From positions 8,866 to 72,865 of the forward strand of contig CAJUBD010000009.1 of assembly GCA_910584475.1 (NCBI GenBank): 64,000 nucleotides of DNA. The letters run 5' to 3'. Origin of the DNA: an uncultured Treponema sp. (lineage in GTDB: Bacteria; Spirochaetota; Spirochaetia; Treponematales; Treponemataceae). The notes under the pieces are model-generated. The model saw nothing but the letters and a program-made list of their open reading frames with translations. It did not search any database and was not told the DNA's origin. Both the position numbers and the translations under genes were made by a program. Shown piece after piece: positions 46,131-56,600 of this stretch (position 1 is the stretch's first letter; each line of letters begins with the position of its first letter).

Positions 46131-47753
46131 ATGAAAAAGTTATTTTTTATCAATTTTGCATTGTTTTTTACTTCTTTATGCTTTGCAATTCCAAATATAA
46201 TGCTATATCAAAATGCACAGTTTGTTTGCCAAATAAAAGATGGCAAAATATATTATGATGACGAATTCTTTTTTGACATACGAGGCAATGAGTTATACCA
46301 AGCAGACGAATACATCGGAACTATTACAGAAGATGAAAATAGACTGTTGTTGGATTTTTATTCTGATGGAAATTTAAAAAATCATTTTGAATACAGTAAG
46401 GAGACAGGTTTTCTTCTTATAAAAAAATCATATTGGTTTGAAGAAGATGTTTCGGAATATGATGAAAAAACAGGGCTTATAAAGAAAATTTTATATTATT
46501 CTAATGGACAACTTATTTCGTATGAAATATACGATTACGAAAAAGGAAATCTTTCAAAGACATCATATTACAAAGCAGATGGTTCTTCCGATGGATACAC
46601 GCTGTTTGTATATGACAAAAAAACGGAAAACAAAATCAAGGAGTCGCGCTTTGATGAAAGCAATAATCTTTCTTGTGTAATTGAATATGATTCTATGACA
46701 AAAGAACGTATACAAAAACAAGATTATAACAATGACGGTTCTGTGAAAAACAAAACTTTGTACGACAAAAAATCGGGAGAAGCCGTAGAACGATTTATAT
46801 ACGATGCTTATTCAAAAAAGCCAGAAAAATGGACATTTATAAAATTTGACAAAGATGGAAACTATGAGTTGGACAGCACTTTTTATTTAAGCAAATATTT
46901 TTGTTTTTACTACGGTCTAGAACACTATTCAGAAGAATCCAAAACGGAGCCGATAGAATGGAACGAAAATTATTCTGCGTTTGTTCGCAAGTACAACTTT
47001 GACAAAAACACTGACGGATACGAGGTAATCAAAACGCTTAAAAGCAATCGTATGCTCAGTTCTATGTCATTTACACTTTGCAACGGAAATTCAAATTTTT
47101 ATTACTGCTTTAATACCGATGAAAATGATGAAATTGACATTTCCTCTTGCTATGAAATTGAATTGGTAAAGAAACCAAAAAATTATCCTGCGATGAATAA
47201 GTCTGGAAAAGGAAAAGGTCCGTTCGGATTTGACATCGGCATGACCTATGAAGAAGTAAAGGAAGCGTGCGGCGACAGTGAACTAGAACATATTGCCGAC
47301 AATCGTTATTATGCGAAACCGAAAAAAGCGCATCCATTATTTGAAACATACATTGTCTGGATAAGCGATTCAGTCGGTCTTTACTACATAAAAGGTGTGT
47401 CGCGTGACATTTCGACATCCGACTATGGAACGGAGGCAAAACAGCGGTTCAATAATCTGCTTGCTACTCTTGAGAAAAAATACGGCAAATTCAACCTGAT
47501 CGATACCATAAAATCTGATTATTATTGGAAAGATGAAAAATATTGGACTGAAGCATTAAGAGATGGCGCACGCACATATCAAGCAAATTGGAGTGTAACT
47601 ACAGAAAATTACAATGACTTTGACGGACTTTTCGGAATCGGACTGGGAATCGAAATTTCGAATAAGTATTCGACTTCTGAAAGTTATATTTGGATTGAGT
47701 ATCAATTCCAAAATTATTCTGATGCGCAAGAAGCACTCAATGATGTATTATGA
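46131..47753 (+). CDS. Secreted protein with Y(D/E)-rich beta-hairpin repeats
   Basis: Signal peptide, repeated EYD..TG/YDKKT motifs and low GC. Confidence 0.7.
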   Translation: MKKLFFINFALFFTSLCFAIPNIMLYQNAQFVCQIKDGKIYYDDEFFFDIRGNELYQADEYIGTITEDENRLLLDFYSDGNLKNHFEYSKETGFLLIKKSYWFEEDVSEYDEKTGLIKKILYYSNGQLISYEIYDYEKGNLSKTSYYKADGSSDGYTLFVYDKKTENKIKESRFDESNNLSCVIEYDSMTKERIQKQDYNNDGSVKNKTLYDKKSGEAVERFIYDAYSKKPEKWTFIKFDKDGNYELDSTFYLSKYFCFYYGLEHYSEESKTEPIEWNENYSAFVRKYNFDKNTDGYEVIKTLKSNRMLSSMSFTLCNGNSNFYYCFNTDENDEIDISSCYEIELVKKPKNYPAMNKSGKGKGPFGFDIGMTYEEVKEACGDSELEHIADNRYYAKPKKAHPLFETYIVWISDSVGLYYIKGVSRDISTSDYGTEAKQRFNNLLATLEKKYGKFNLIDTIKSDYYWKDEKYWTEALRDGARTYQANWSVTTENYNDFDGLFGIGLGIEISNKYSTSESYIWIEYQFQNYSDAQEALNDVL

Positions 47754-47961
47754 GTTTTATAAGAAAGGATAAAATGCCTATCCTATTTCTAGTTCTTGCG
47801 TTCGCCATTTTCATAATCCTCAAACAAAAATCCCCGAGCATAAAAGGAGGCGTTATCGAATTTGTCTTGCGAAAAGTTGCTTTTCGTGATACAATCAACA
47901 TACCTAGATTGGGCGTCGGAATATGAAAACCTCTACACGAATCAAATATTAGGAGGAAACT

Positions 47962-48201
47962 GTGCTAACTGCGACACAAGGTTATTACGACGGAAACGTG
48001 GTGATTTTTGACGAAAAGCCCACCGCGCTTTCGGGACGTGTTATTGTCACGTTTTTGCAAGACGATGTTCAGGCGGGCGAAAACAAAAAGCTTTCCGCAT
48101 TCAAACGATTGTGCGAAATGGATTTTTCGTTGAGCGAAAACTTTGATGCGGATAAGGCGCGGGCAGAGGCAATGCGGGAAAAATATGGTACTTTTTCTTG
48201 A
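47962..48201 (+). CDS. Putative antitoxin
   Basis: AGGAGG + GTG start, 79 aa, overlapping the PIN gene. Confidence 0.65.
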   Translation: MLTATQGYYDGNVVIFDEKPTALSGRVIVTFLQDDVQAGENKKLSAFKRLCEMDFSLSENFDADKARAEAMREKYGTFS

Positions 48202-48601
48202 TACGAACATTCTGCTTGATTTCATAAACCGTCGAGGCGCGTTTTTTTCTGACGCGGAAAAAGTGCTCGCGGCGTGCGCGAAAGACGAAAACTCCGCATA
48301 TATCGCATCGATTTCCGTGACGAACTGTTTTTACATTTTGCGCAAGGAACTTCCCCTAAAAACCACAAAGAGCATTTTTCGTGAATTGCTACAAATCGTT
48401 GATATTGCCGACACTTCAAAACAGTTGATTTTGTCCGCGATGGAAAACAATGATTTTTCGGACTTTGAGGACAGTTTGCAATCGCAAGCGGCAGAGTTTG
48501 TGCACGCTGAATACATCATCACTCGCGACACCAAGCATTTTGAAAAATCTGTTGTTCCCGTCCTAACGCCGCAGGAGTTTTTGGAAATCGTTTCACAATG
48601 A
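48185..48601 (+). CDS. PIN-domain (VapC-like) toxin
   Basis: FLDTNILLD, DFEDSLQ, IITRD.KHF. Confidence 0.9.
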   Translation: MVLFLDTNILLDFINRRGAFFSDAEKVLAACAKDENSAYIASISVTNCFYILRKELPLKTTKSIFRELLQIVDIADTSKQLILSAMENNDFSDFEDSLQSQAAEFVHAEYIITRDTKHFEKSVVPVLTPQEFLEIVSQ

Positions 48602-48608
48602 CGACATT

Positions 48609-49607
48609 TCAAAACATCGGATAGCATTCAAAGCCCGCGCTTCGCAACTGTTCTCCGATATTTCCCGCCGCGTTTTCGTCCACCACGACGATGTAATATG
48701 TCGTGCCGCTCGCGCGAGTTTCTTCCGTGATGTAAGGCGAAAATCCTTTCGATTTGAGCGTGGCGCAAAGGGCGGCGGCGTTGTCCCTGTTGCGGAAAAG
48801 TCCGAGTTGCTGTCTTGCCGCCTTTTCGCCGCCCTCGTTTCCGCCTGCGGATTTTTCGACGGGAATTTTTTGCGATTCCGCCGCCGATTCAGCGGAAAGC
48901 GCGAGAGCTTCTCCTTTTTTCGGCATAAAATACCAAAACGGAGCGGGCATCATTTGAACTTTGCCGTTTACAATTTCCGCCTCGGGAGATTTCGGGAATT
49001 CTTTTTTGAGCGAACTTCCATAACTCGCTTCGCCTGTGATGTACCAAAGCGTGAGCAAAATTTGCGGCTTTACGATTTTCATCGAAGGAAGCGCGGCGTA
49101 AGTTTTTAGAATCGTTACGGACTCTTCGAGCTGCGCCGTGGATTCAAGTTTGCAAAGCGCGCTCCAGACTTCGTAAAGTTTTATCGTCGCCTGAATTTTT
49201 TCGTCCTGAGAATTTCGCACTGCGGAATTCAAATATTTTTCGGCGGTCGCGCTGTCGCCCGAACAAAGCGCGCATCGCACGGCATCGAGCACGAGTTGCG
49301 CGTTAGTTTTTTGTGGCATGCCTTGAGCGTCGCCCGCCGCAATTCCCGCCGCCTGCGCATAAGAATTTGACGCATCTTTGTACGCGGAAATTTGTTCTTG
49401 CAGAGAACCCAAAAAAGCAAGGAGCGCGCGCTTTTCCGCCGCCGATTTTATTTGCCCAATCGCCTTGTTCAAATAGACGATTGATTCGCCCGCGCTTTCA
49501 AACTCCAAGGCTTTGGCAGAAATTTCTTTTGCTGAATTTTGTGCGAACAAAAAATTCGCGCCTGATATGAAGGCGAATGCAATGCAAAAAAAATTTCTTC
49601 GTCTCAT
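48609..49607 (-). CDS. SPOR-domain exported protein
   Basis: Signal peptide, helical repeats and C-terminal QLGLFRNRDNA...L...GF.PYI. Confidence 0.8.
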   Translation of the reverse strand: MRRRNFFCIAFAFISGANFLFAQNSAKEISAKALEFESAGESIVYLNKAIGQIKSAAEKRALLAFLGSLQEQISAYKDASNSYAQAAGIAAGDAQGMPQKTNAQLVLDAVRCALCSGDSATAEKYLNSAVRNSQDEKIQATIKLYEVWSALCKLESTAQLEESVTILKTYAALPSMKIVKPQILLTLWYITGEASYGSSLKKEFPKSPEAEIVNGKVQMMPAPFWYFMPKKGEALALSAESAAESQKIPVEKSAGGNEGGEKAARQQLGLFRNRDNAAALCATLKSKGFSPYITEETRASGTTYYIVVVDENAAGNIGEQLRSAGFECYPMF

Positions 49608-50029
49608 TTTCTCTCCGAAAGTGAATTTTCGCTTGAAGAAGAATTTTTTGAAACGGAATTTTGTTCGTTTAAAATCGAGGAATTTTTTTCCGATGCTGTG
49701 CCATCGGATTTTCCCGAACGCGCTTTCGCCTGCTCGATTTTCTTTTGCATTCTTTGCTGGCGTTCGAGAGCCTTTTTTTCTTTTTGCTCGAGGCGTTCGG
49801 CTTCGGCGCGCGCCTGCTCTGAAGTGAGTTTCTTTTTTGGAGCGAAAAAAACTGCCAAAAGCGTCACGAGAATTCCCGCGGCAAACGAAATGAGCGCGGT
49901 TATGAAAACCGGCACGTTCGAAAAAGTCTTTCCGAAAAGCCAAATGTTGCAGACGTTTTCCAAATTGAATCCTGTGAAAAACGCGATGAGCACAATTATC
50001 AAAATTGTCAGAATCAGTTTTAAAACCAT
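49604..50029 (-). CDS. LapA/DUF1049-like small membrane protein
   Basis: Two TMs (F...N...C.I..F...PV....L.SF..G) and a charged tail. Confidence 0.65.
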   Translation of the reverse strand: MVLKLILTILIIVLIAFFTGFNLENVCNIWLFGKTFSNVPVFITALISFAAGILVTLLAVFFAPKKKLTSEQARAEAERLEQKEKKALERQQRMQKKIEQAKARSGKSDGTASEKNSSILNEQNSVSKNSSSSENSLSERK

Positions 50030-50035
50030 TTTCGT

Positions 50036-51736
50036 CTACCCGTGAATTTCGATGTATTCAAAAAATTCGTTTGGCGGAAGCGGCTTGGAATAAAAATAGC
50101 CTTGGATAAATGTACAGCCCAGTTCGCCGAGAACATCCGCGGTTTCTTTGTCCTCGCAGCCTTCTGCGACGGTTTTCATATTCAGCCTGTGCGCCATGTC
50201 GACTATGCACGAAAGAATGTTGCGGCCCGTCGGATTTTTGATTTCCCTGATCAAGCTCATGTCGAGCTTTAGAATGTCGAACGACATTTTCGTCAAGACG
50301 CTCAACGAAGAATATCCGGTTCCAAAATCGTCCAGTTCAATTACGAAGCCTGCCGAATGAAGCGACTCGACGATTTTTCGGATTTGCTCCGGATTGTCGT
50401 TGTATGCGGACTCCGTGAGTTCAAGGTGAAGCAAATCGTGCGGCACTTCGTACTTGTCGGCGAGCGCGATGATTTTTTGATCTAAGTCCGCCGTGTCGAA
50501 ATCGCTTCGAGAAATGTTCACCGAAACTGGAACAACTCTCGCGCCCGCATCGAGCCTTTCGCGCAACATCTTGCAGACGCTTTCCCAAATGTAATAGTCG
50601 AGTTTCGCGATGAAGCCGTTTTGCTCGAAAAGCGGAATGAAAAGCCCCGGGCTCATAAAGCCGAATTTCTTGCTGTTCCATCGTACAAGAGCCTCCGCGC
50701 CCATCGCCTTGTTTTCCTTTATGCCGTGCTTGGGCTGATAGAAAACTACGAATTCGTTTGTCGCCAAAGCCTCTTCCATGTTGTCGATGATGTTCTGCTT
50801 GTCCTGCGCCTTTTTTTGCAAGTCTTTGTCGAAATAGCAAATCGTTTCGCCGTATTGCTTTGCGATGGAATTAAGCGCAAGCATAGCGTTGTCATACATC
50901 AATGAAGTGGACTCTTCGTGTTTCACGTTTTCGTAAATGCCGAATTTTATGACGAGAGAATTTGTCGTGTCGGTTTTGAGTTTCTTTACGATTTCGTCTT
51001 CGATGTCCTTGTAAACATCGCGCGCTCGGTGTTTAAGCAAGATCGCGAAGCGGTCGGCGTTCATCCTTCCGCAAATTTCGTGCTCCTGCAAAATGCTTTG
51101 GAAAACGCTGGCGATTTCCTGCAAAAGCCTGTCGCCAATTTTTCTTCCATGTCGCGTGTTTACGACTTTGAACGATTCTATGTTCGTGCAAATGAAATCA
51201 TATTCGGCATCCAGATGGCTTTTTAAAATCTGCTCGGCATAAGTGAAAAAGAATTGACTCGAATAGACGCCCGTGAGCTTATCCACAGCCGCCGCTGAAA
51301 GCATATTGAACGAACGCCGCAAACGAACCATTGCTTCGATTCGGTTGGTTATGATGTACGGATTATATGGCTTGGAAATGAAGTCCGACGCGCCGAGTTT
51401 GAGCGCGCGGATTTGATCGGGATCCGCGGTGCTGGAAGTGAGTATGATTACAGGAATCGCATCGAATCGCTTGTCGCCGCCCATCTTTTGAAGGAATTCA
51501 TAGCCGTCCATAACCGGCATCAAAAGGTCGAGCAAGATTACAGAAACTTTGTCATAATTTGCGTCAAGGATGTCGAGGCCCATTTTGCCGTTTTCGGCTT
51601 CCAAGATATTGAATTTTCCTTGCAAAAACGTGCCCAGAATCCCGCGATTTATTTCATCGTCTTCAATAATGAGAACGGTGTCCTTTCGGTGAAAAAGAGC
51701 GAATATAGTCTCGGAAGAAAGATTCTTTTCACTCAT
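50036..51736 (-). CDS. REC-GGDEF(degenerate)-EAL c-di-GMP phosphodiesterase
   Basis: REC (IEDD, LLDLLMPVMDG, KP); GGDEF replaced by NADRF; EAL, DDFGTGYSS and QGYFYSKP present. Confidence 0.92.
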   Translation of the reverse strand: MSEKNLSSETIFALFHRKDTVLIIEDDEINRGILGTFLQGKFNILEAENGKMGLDILDANYDKVSVILLDLLMPVMDGYEFLQKMGGDKRFDAIPVIILTSSTADPDQIRALKLGASDFISKPYNPYIITNRIEAMVRLRRSFNMLSAAAVDKLTGVYSSQFFFTYAEQILKSHLDAEYDFICTNIESFKVVNTRHGRKIGDRLLQEIASVFQSILQEHEICGRMNADRFAILLKHRARDVYKDIEDEIVKKLKTDTTNSLVIKFGIYENVKHEESTSLMYDNAMLALNSIAKQYGETICYFDKDLQKKAQDKQNIIDNMEEALATNEFVVFYQPKHGIKENKAMGAEALVRWNSKKFGFMSPGLFIPLFEQNGFIAKLDYYIWESVCKMLRERLDAGARVVPVSVNISRSDFDTADLDQKIIALADKYEVPHDLLHLELTESAYNDNPEQIRKIVESLHSAGFVIELDDFGTGYSSLSVLTKMSFDILKLDMSLIREIKNPTGRNILSCIVDMAHRLNMKTVAEGCEDKETADVLGELGCTFIQGYFYSKPLPPNEFFEYIEIHG

Positions 51737-52090
51737 TTATACGCCCTCTGCTTTTAAAGCCGCGATAACGGCCTCGTAATCATTTTGAACTTTTTGATAA
51801 TTCTCTTGAGTGGTCGGGGCGGGCGTGCCGCTGCGCAAATCTTCTGTCAATGCGCCGGCTGACGCGCAAAGTTTTTTCAGCGCGAGATTTGCCGAAACGC
51901 CTTTTAGAGTGTGGCTCGCCGTGAACGCAGCTTTCCAATCTTCTTTGCCCATGCTGTCCACAAGATTATTATAACACGGATCTTTTGGGAGCATCAAAAC
52001 AAATTTTTCAATCAGTTTGTCGGTCGGCAAGCGGTTTTTGATTTCCTCGTAACTTCCGCCGACAGAGTCATAGAATTTTTTCAAGTCCAT
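51737..52090 (-). CDS. Hpt phosphotransfer protein
   Basis: AF..SHTLKGVSANL motif. Confidence 0.9.
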   Translation of the reverse strand: MDLKKFYDSVGGSYEEIKNRLPTDKLIEKFVLMLPKDPCYNNLVDSMGKEDWKAAFTASHTLKGVSANLALKKLCASAGALTEDLRSGTPAPTTQENYQKVQNDYEAVIAALKAEGV

Positions 52091-52340
52091 AGTTTTTTCC
52101 GCCTCCAAATGAATTATAACAAAAAGTTTGGATTTTGTAAATAGTCGGTCGCAATCTTCGATCGCTTAACGAGATTTTTTCTTGCTCGCAAGGCTACATC
52201 TGTCGGGGCTGAGCGCCTTACACTTCATGAAAATCGAAAAAAAATGCCAATTTTTCAAATTGTGATTTACGGGAAGTTTGAAAACAAAAATGCATTCTTT
52301 TTCACGCAGAAAATGCCGCGATGAAACGTGGCGAAATATT

Positions 52341-52814
52341 CTACGCTTCTAGGGCGACAAGGTTTCCTGTGGAATTTTTGTCCGCATAAACAGAACGCGC
52401 GTTTTTGTAGGGATTGCGCAAAGAATCGATTTTCGTGCGGATTTGCGAAATGTGCACGCGGAGCAAATCGCGGTTTTTCGCGTTTTGGGACAAGACTTTT
52501 CTTTGCAAGCTCGCCAAATCGTTTTGCAAGTCCGTGATGGACGCTTCCGGTTTTGAGAACGCGTTGCGGGAATTGTAGAGTTTTGTCATGGGAATGATGA
52601 CTTTTTGCAGACTCATGATATTCGAGACGACTTGCTGCTCGAGTTCTGTATGCGCCAAAATCGCTTCGGGATTTTCCGTTTCAATCGAATTTTCCTGTTT
52701 TTCCAAAACCGTCAGGTACTCGCGGAATTTTTCGCGTTGCTGTTGCAAAAGGCTTCGAAATTTTTTTAGCAATGCCACCCGCTCTTCAAATTCTTGTGCG
52801 GAAATATTTTCCAT
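52341..52814 (-). CDS. flgN: Flagellar export chaperone FlgN-like protein
   Basis: Coiled-coil chaperone pattern downstream of fliS; AGGAG RBS. Confidence 0.6.
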   Translation of the reverse strand: MENISAQEFEERVALLKKFRSLLQQQREKFREYLTVLEKQENSIETENPEAILAHTELEQQVVSNIMSLQKVIIPMTKLYNSRNAFSKPEASITDLQNDLASLQRKVLSQNAKNRDLLRVHISQIRTKIDSLRNPYKNARSVYADKNSTGNLVALEA

Positions 52815-52843
52815 TTTGTTTTCTCCTTGATCAAAAGTCAATA

Positions 52844-52978
52844 GCGAAAGTGTGGCTTTCGCGAATGGCTTTTTAGCGTCTGCGTAAGCAACTTGTTGCG
52901 GCGCAGACAAGTATATGACAAGTTTGCAACGCAAACTTGTAGTTGATGACAGCCGCGCTATTTTAGCGGATGTCATCA
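52844..52978. repeat. Row of four hairpins in the fliS-flgN spacer
   Basis: Stems at 52844-50/52856-62, 52878-84/52902-08, 52918-27/52931-40 and 52944-51/52971-78. Confidence 0.6.
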
Positions 52979-53014
52979 TACTTCCTCACGCTGATTTTCA
53001 ACACTTTTAAAAAT

Positions 53015-53452
53015 TTAACTTTGAATGTTCAAAGAATGTTGCCTTTGCATCGAAGGCATAGCGACAGCGTTTTCAGCGGCTTTTTTCCATGTCGCGGAAA
53101 GTTCGCTCATCATGTTACGTACGAAGTCAATTTTCTCCTTGCTTCTGGAAATGTTCGCGCTACGCAGTTCGTCGTTGAAGTAGAGGTATAAGGACATCAG
53201 GTTTTGCGCTATCTGCCCGCCTTTTTCCATGTCCAGCGAGACTTGCAGCTCTGTGATGATTTCCTGCGCTCGCAGAATGTCGGCGCTGAACGATTCGATT
53301 TTCGCGACCGGAATTTTGCCATCGGCGGTAAACTTCGATGAAGCCGATGCGAGTTTTTTGACCGCGCCTTCGTACAAAAGCACGACGAGTTCTGCGGGGC
53401 TTGCCGTTTTCACGCTGGCTTTTTTGTAAGCGTTGTAAGCCTGATTATACAT
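53015..53452 (-). CDS. fliS: Flagellar export chaperone FliS
   Basis: AY....V.TASP.ELV.LLYEGA, AQEIITEL..SLDMEKGG.IA.NL..LY.Y. Confidence 0.95.
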   Translation of the reverse strand: MYNQAYNAYKKASVKTASPAELVVLLYEGAVKKLASASSKFTADGKIPVAKIESFSADILRAQEIITELQVSLDMEKGGQIAQNLMSLYLYFNDELRSANISRSKEKIDFVRNMMSELSATWKKAAENAVAMPSMQRQHSLNIQS

Positions 53453-53488
53453 CCTTGCCTCCAAGAAAAAGGTAATGCATCACTTTGA

Positions 53489-53515
53489 TTTTCGGCTTTT
53501 TGAAATTTTTGTTTA
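53489..53515 (-). promoter_or_regulatory. sigma28 (FliA) promoter of fliS
   Basis: TAAA-15 nt-GCCGAAAA. Confidence 0.75.
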
Positions 53516-53637
53516 GAGAATTTTTGGGGATTTCATGAAAAATTTCACGCGCACGAAAGGCGAATAATGCGCGCGATGCGCCTTTGGGAATATTTGCTTA
53601 TATGCGCGGGCATTCCCGAGGGTGCGCGGATTTGGGG

Positions 53638-56600
53638 CTATCTGTATTTTTGAACCTTACCAACAGTTTCCAATTCGAACTTGAATTGTTGGTCACCATC
53701 ATGGCTGTGGTTCGCATTGTCAATTTTCGCATATCCACCAGGCGGAACAGGATAATTTTTATAGAAACTGACCCAACTGTTCTGTCCAAAAATTCCGCAG
53801 TATGGACCTTGGCTAATTCCATCTTTGTCGGAAATTGTTTTTTCGTCCATAAGCCCTGCCAAGAACATAAAGTAATAATCTGTCGCGATTGCCCATGTTA
53901 CAAAATAATAATCATAGGTATTATCATTTCGATTGGTATTATCATTTCGAGTCAAAAGGCAAGTTTTAGTATTATGGGTTATGTCCCAATCAGTTGGCAA
54001 GCCTTGGGTGGAATTTGCCCCTGTAGGTGTGTCTCCTCCGCGTATAAATAAGCCGCAGCCTTTGCTGTTTTGTGTATTATTTTCTATTGTTGTATTCCCA
54101 TCTTTTTTATTCCATCGGGAATCATCTTGATTAGGCAATGGAACTCCGGTTATTTCTATTGTGGTTCTGTATGCGACTCCATTGGCTTTTTCTGGAAAGT
54201 CACCTTTTGTTGCTTCCGCGACGATATTATATTCAAGGCCATGTCGATTATCTTTTGAGCCGATAGTTACAGGTGTCAAATAGTTTTGTAAATCAACTTT
54301 ATTGGAAAGTGTTTTTGTCTCTTTATTTCGGTTTGCTGGTAGCACATCAGGGGGAGTGTTGCTTCCGCGTCCTATCACTGTAAAGGAATCCCTTTTATAT
54401 TCTTTATATTGATATTGTACCGTGGCACCAGGCGTCTCGCAGTCCACTTTAAATTCTGCCGTCAAAGGTTGTATCGCCGCATAATTATTTACAGTCGTAG
54501 TGCCTTTCTTTATCCTTATCACGGGCTTTTCCACTCCGCTAGTGGAATGCGGCTCGATCTTTCCAGAGGCTTTGAATTTCGAGCCGCCTTTTGCGTCTTG
54601 CATGAAGCCTTCAGGTACTTCGATTTTATATGTCGCGCCTTTGCAAGGAATAGGCGAATTGAATGTTACGGTAACCGTCTTGTCTTCAACGCTTACGTTC
54701 TGTGAGCGGACATCCTGTGAAAGTATATGCGCGCCAGTCGCTTCATACGCGGCAACCACTTTTGAATCATTTGAATCATATTCATACTTCAACACATATT
54801 TGGAAGTGAGATCCGCTTTGAAATTGCTGTCCGCGCCGTTCGTCGTGAGTTCGTAGTAATCTTGGAGTTTGTCATTTTTGCCAAAAAGCACGCGCCCTTC
54901 TGCTTCTGTGAGGACTGCCGGAACTTTGTCCACTCCGTCACTTGCGCCCTTTTGCTGCGTTATTGTAACTACGCCATTTCCTTTTGCGATGGCTTTGTCA
55001 TAAGTGATGGTGAGAATGCTCGTGCTGTCATCAAATTTGATGTCCTTTACTTGAGGCGCGGATGTTATGATGCCGATGCTCTTCATTTTGGCGAGATTTT
55101 TTCCGAGACTTGCATTTTTTATGATTTCTTGTATGGATTTATTTATTTCGGCTGTAACATCCGCCGTGTCATTTTTTACAGTGCCGAGACTTACCGCCGT
55201 GACATTCAGCGAATCCACGCTTTCGCCATTCTTCCCGATTTTATATTCAAACAGAATGTCGTTTGCTCCGATGCCTGTTTGACTTGCGGCTCTTGGGACT
55301 TTCACGCCATTATTTAATGTGATTTCTTGATTGCCGCTGAATTCCAATTTTTTATTAAAGCGAATGAATATTTGTATGGTTTCGCCGGCTTCATAAAATC
55401 CGTCTTTATTCAGAGCGGAAATATATTCGACTCTTGGAGTCTGCGAATCGACTAGGAAAGAATATTTTTGCTTTTGGGAATTTCCACCCCAATCCGTCAC
55501 GTTTCCTTCAAATACGAGCGAAGCCCCCGTCAGATTACGCGCCTCCGCTTCAAAAGTGCCGTCAGCGTTTACGCTTGCTGTAATCGGATGTCCATTTGCC
55601 GTCAAATCCAGCGCGAGGTATTTTTTATAGTCTTTCCAAATGTCAATGGAATTGTCGCCGATTTTTCCATACACTTTCACACAAGTCTTTTCTCCAAATG
55701 CGGGCAGCATTTCTCCGCCTTCTTGTTCGCGAGTAATTGAAGTCGCTCCTTCATACGAATAATATTCAAGTTTGGTGAATTGTATTTTTGGAGCTTCGAT
55801 GTCGCCTTGGATTGTATATGTGGTTGTCAAGGCATTTTTGTCGCCGTCTTCTACGCGGAAAACGAATGTCTGGTTTGCGAGCTTTTTGTCTTTGCCGTCA
55901 ATTCCGAGGTCGTTGAAAATGTTTATCTTTAAAGTGTTTTTGTAAATCTTTCTTTTGATGCCGTTTTCAGTAATAGTTTCCCCTGTATCGTTCAGAGCAA
56001 ACTCATGCACTTTTCCTTTTTTCAAATCGCCCGTAATTTTGGTGGTTTCGTTCCATTTTGACGAACTTGAATTTGAATATTCGATGATGTCCGTGGAATT
56101 CGTGATGTACGCCATCTTCAAAGACTCGACTTTGGTTTCGTCTTTTGAAATTATCGTAAAAGTAAAGTTTCCGTTCGCGTCTCCGAAAAGGGTTTCTGAT
56201 TGGCTTCCTGGAGTATGGGATGCTTCCACCGAGGGAAACAGTTTGTCCACAATCTTTATCCAGCCTGTCTTTGTGTCCGATTTGTTGCCGTTTTTGTCTG
56301 TGGCGGTTATCTCTACGTTGTAAGTGTCGCTATTCTCTGGAAGAGGAAGTTCAAAGTAAACATTGTTTTCATCTTCAGCGTCTTCGCTGGCGGAGTAAAT
56401 TTCCTTTTCGTTAAAGTCTTCATAAATAGTCGCGCCGTTTGCATTTTTTATGGTTACGATGACAGATTTTATGGCCGTGTCGTCATAGGCGTTTCCCAAA
56501 ACGGAAGAGCCTGCATAGACATTTTTCGGGTTCTTCTCATCGCCCAATATGATGTCAATCCACGGCTTGTCCGCTTCTTTCCAGAGGCATGCGTAGCCTT

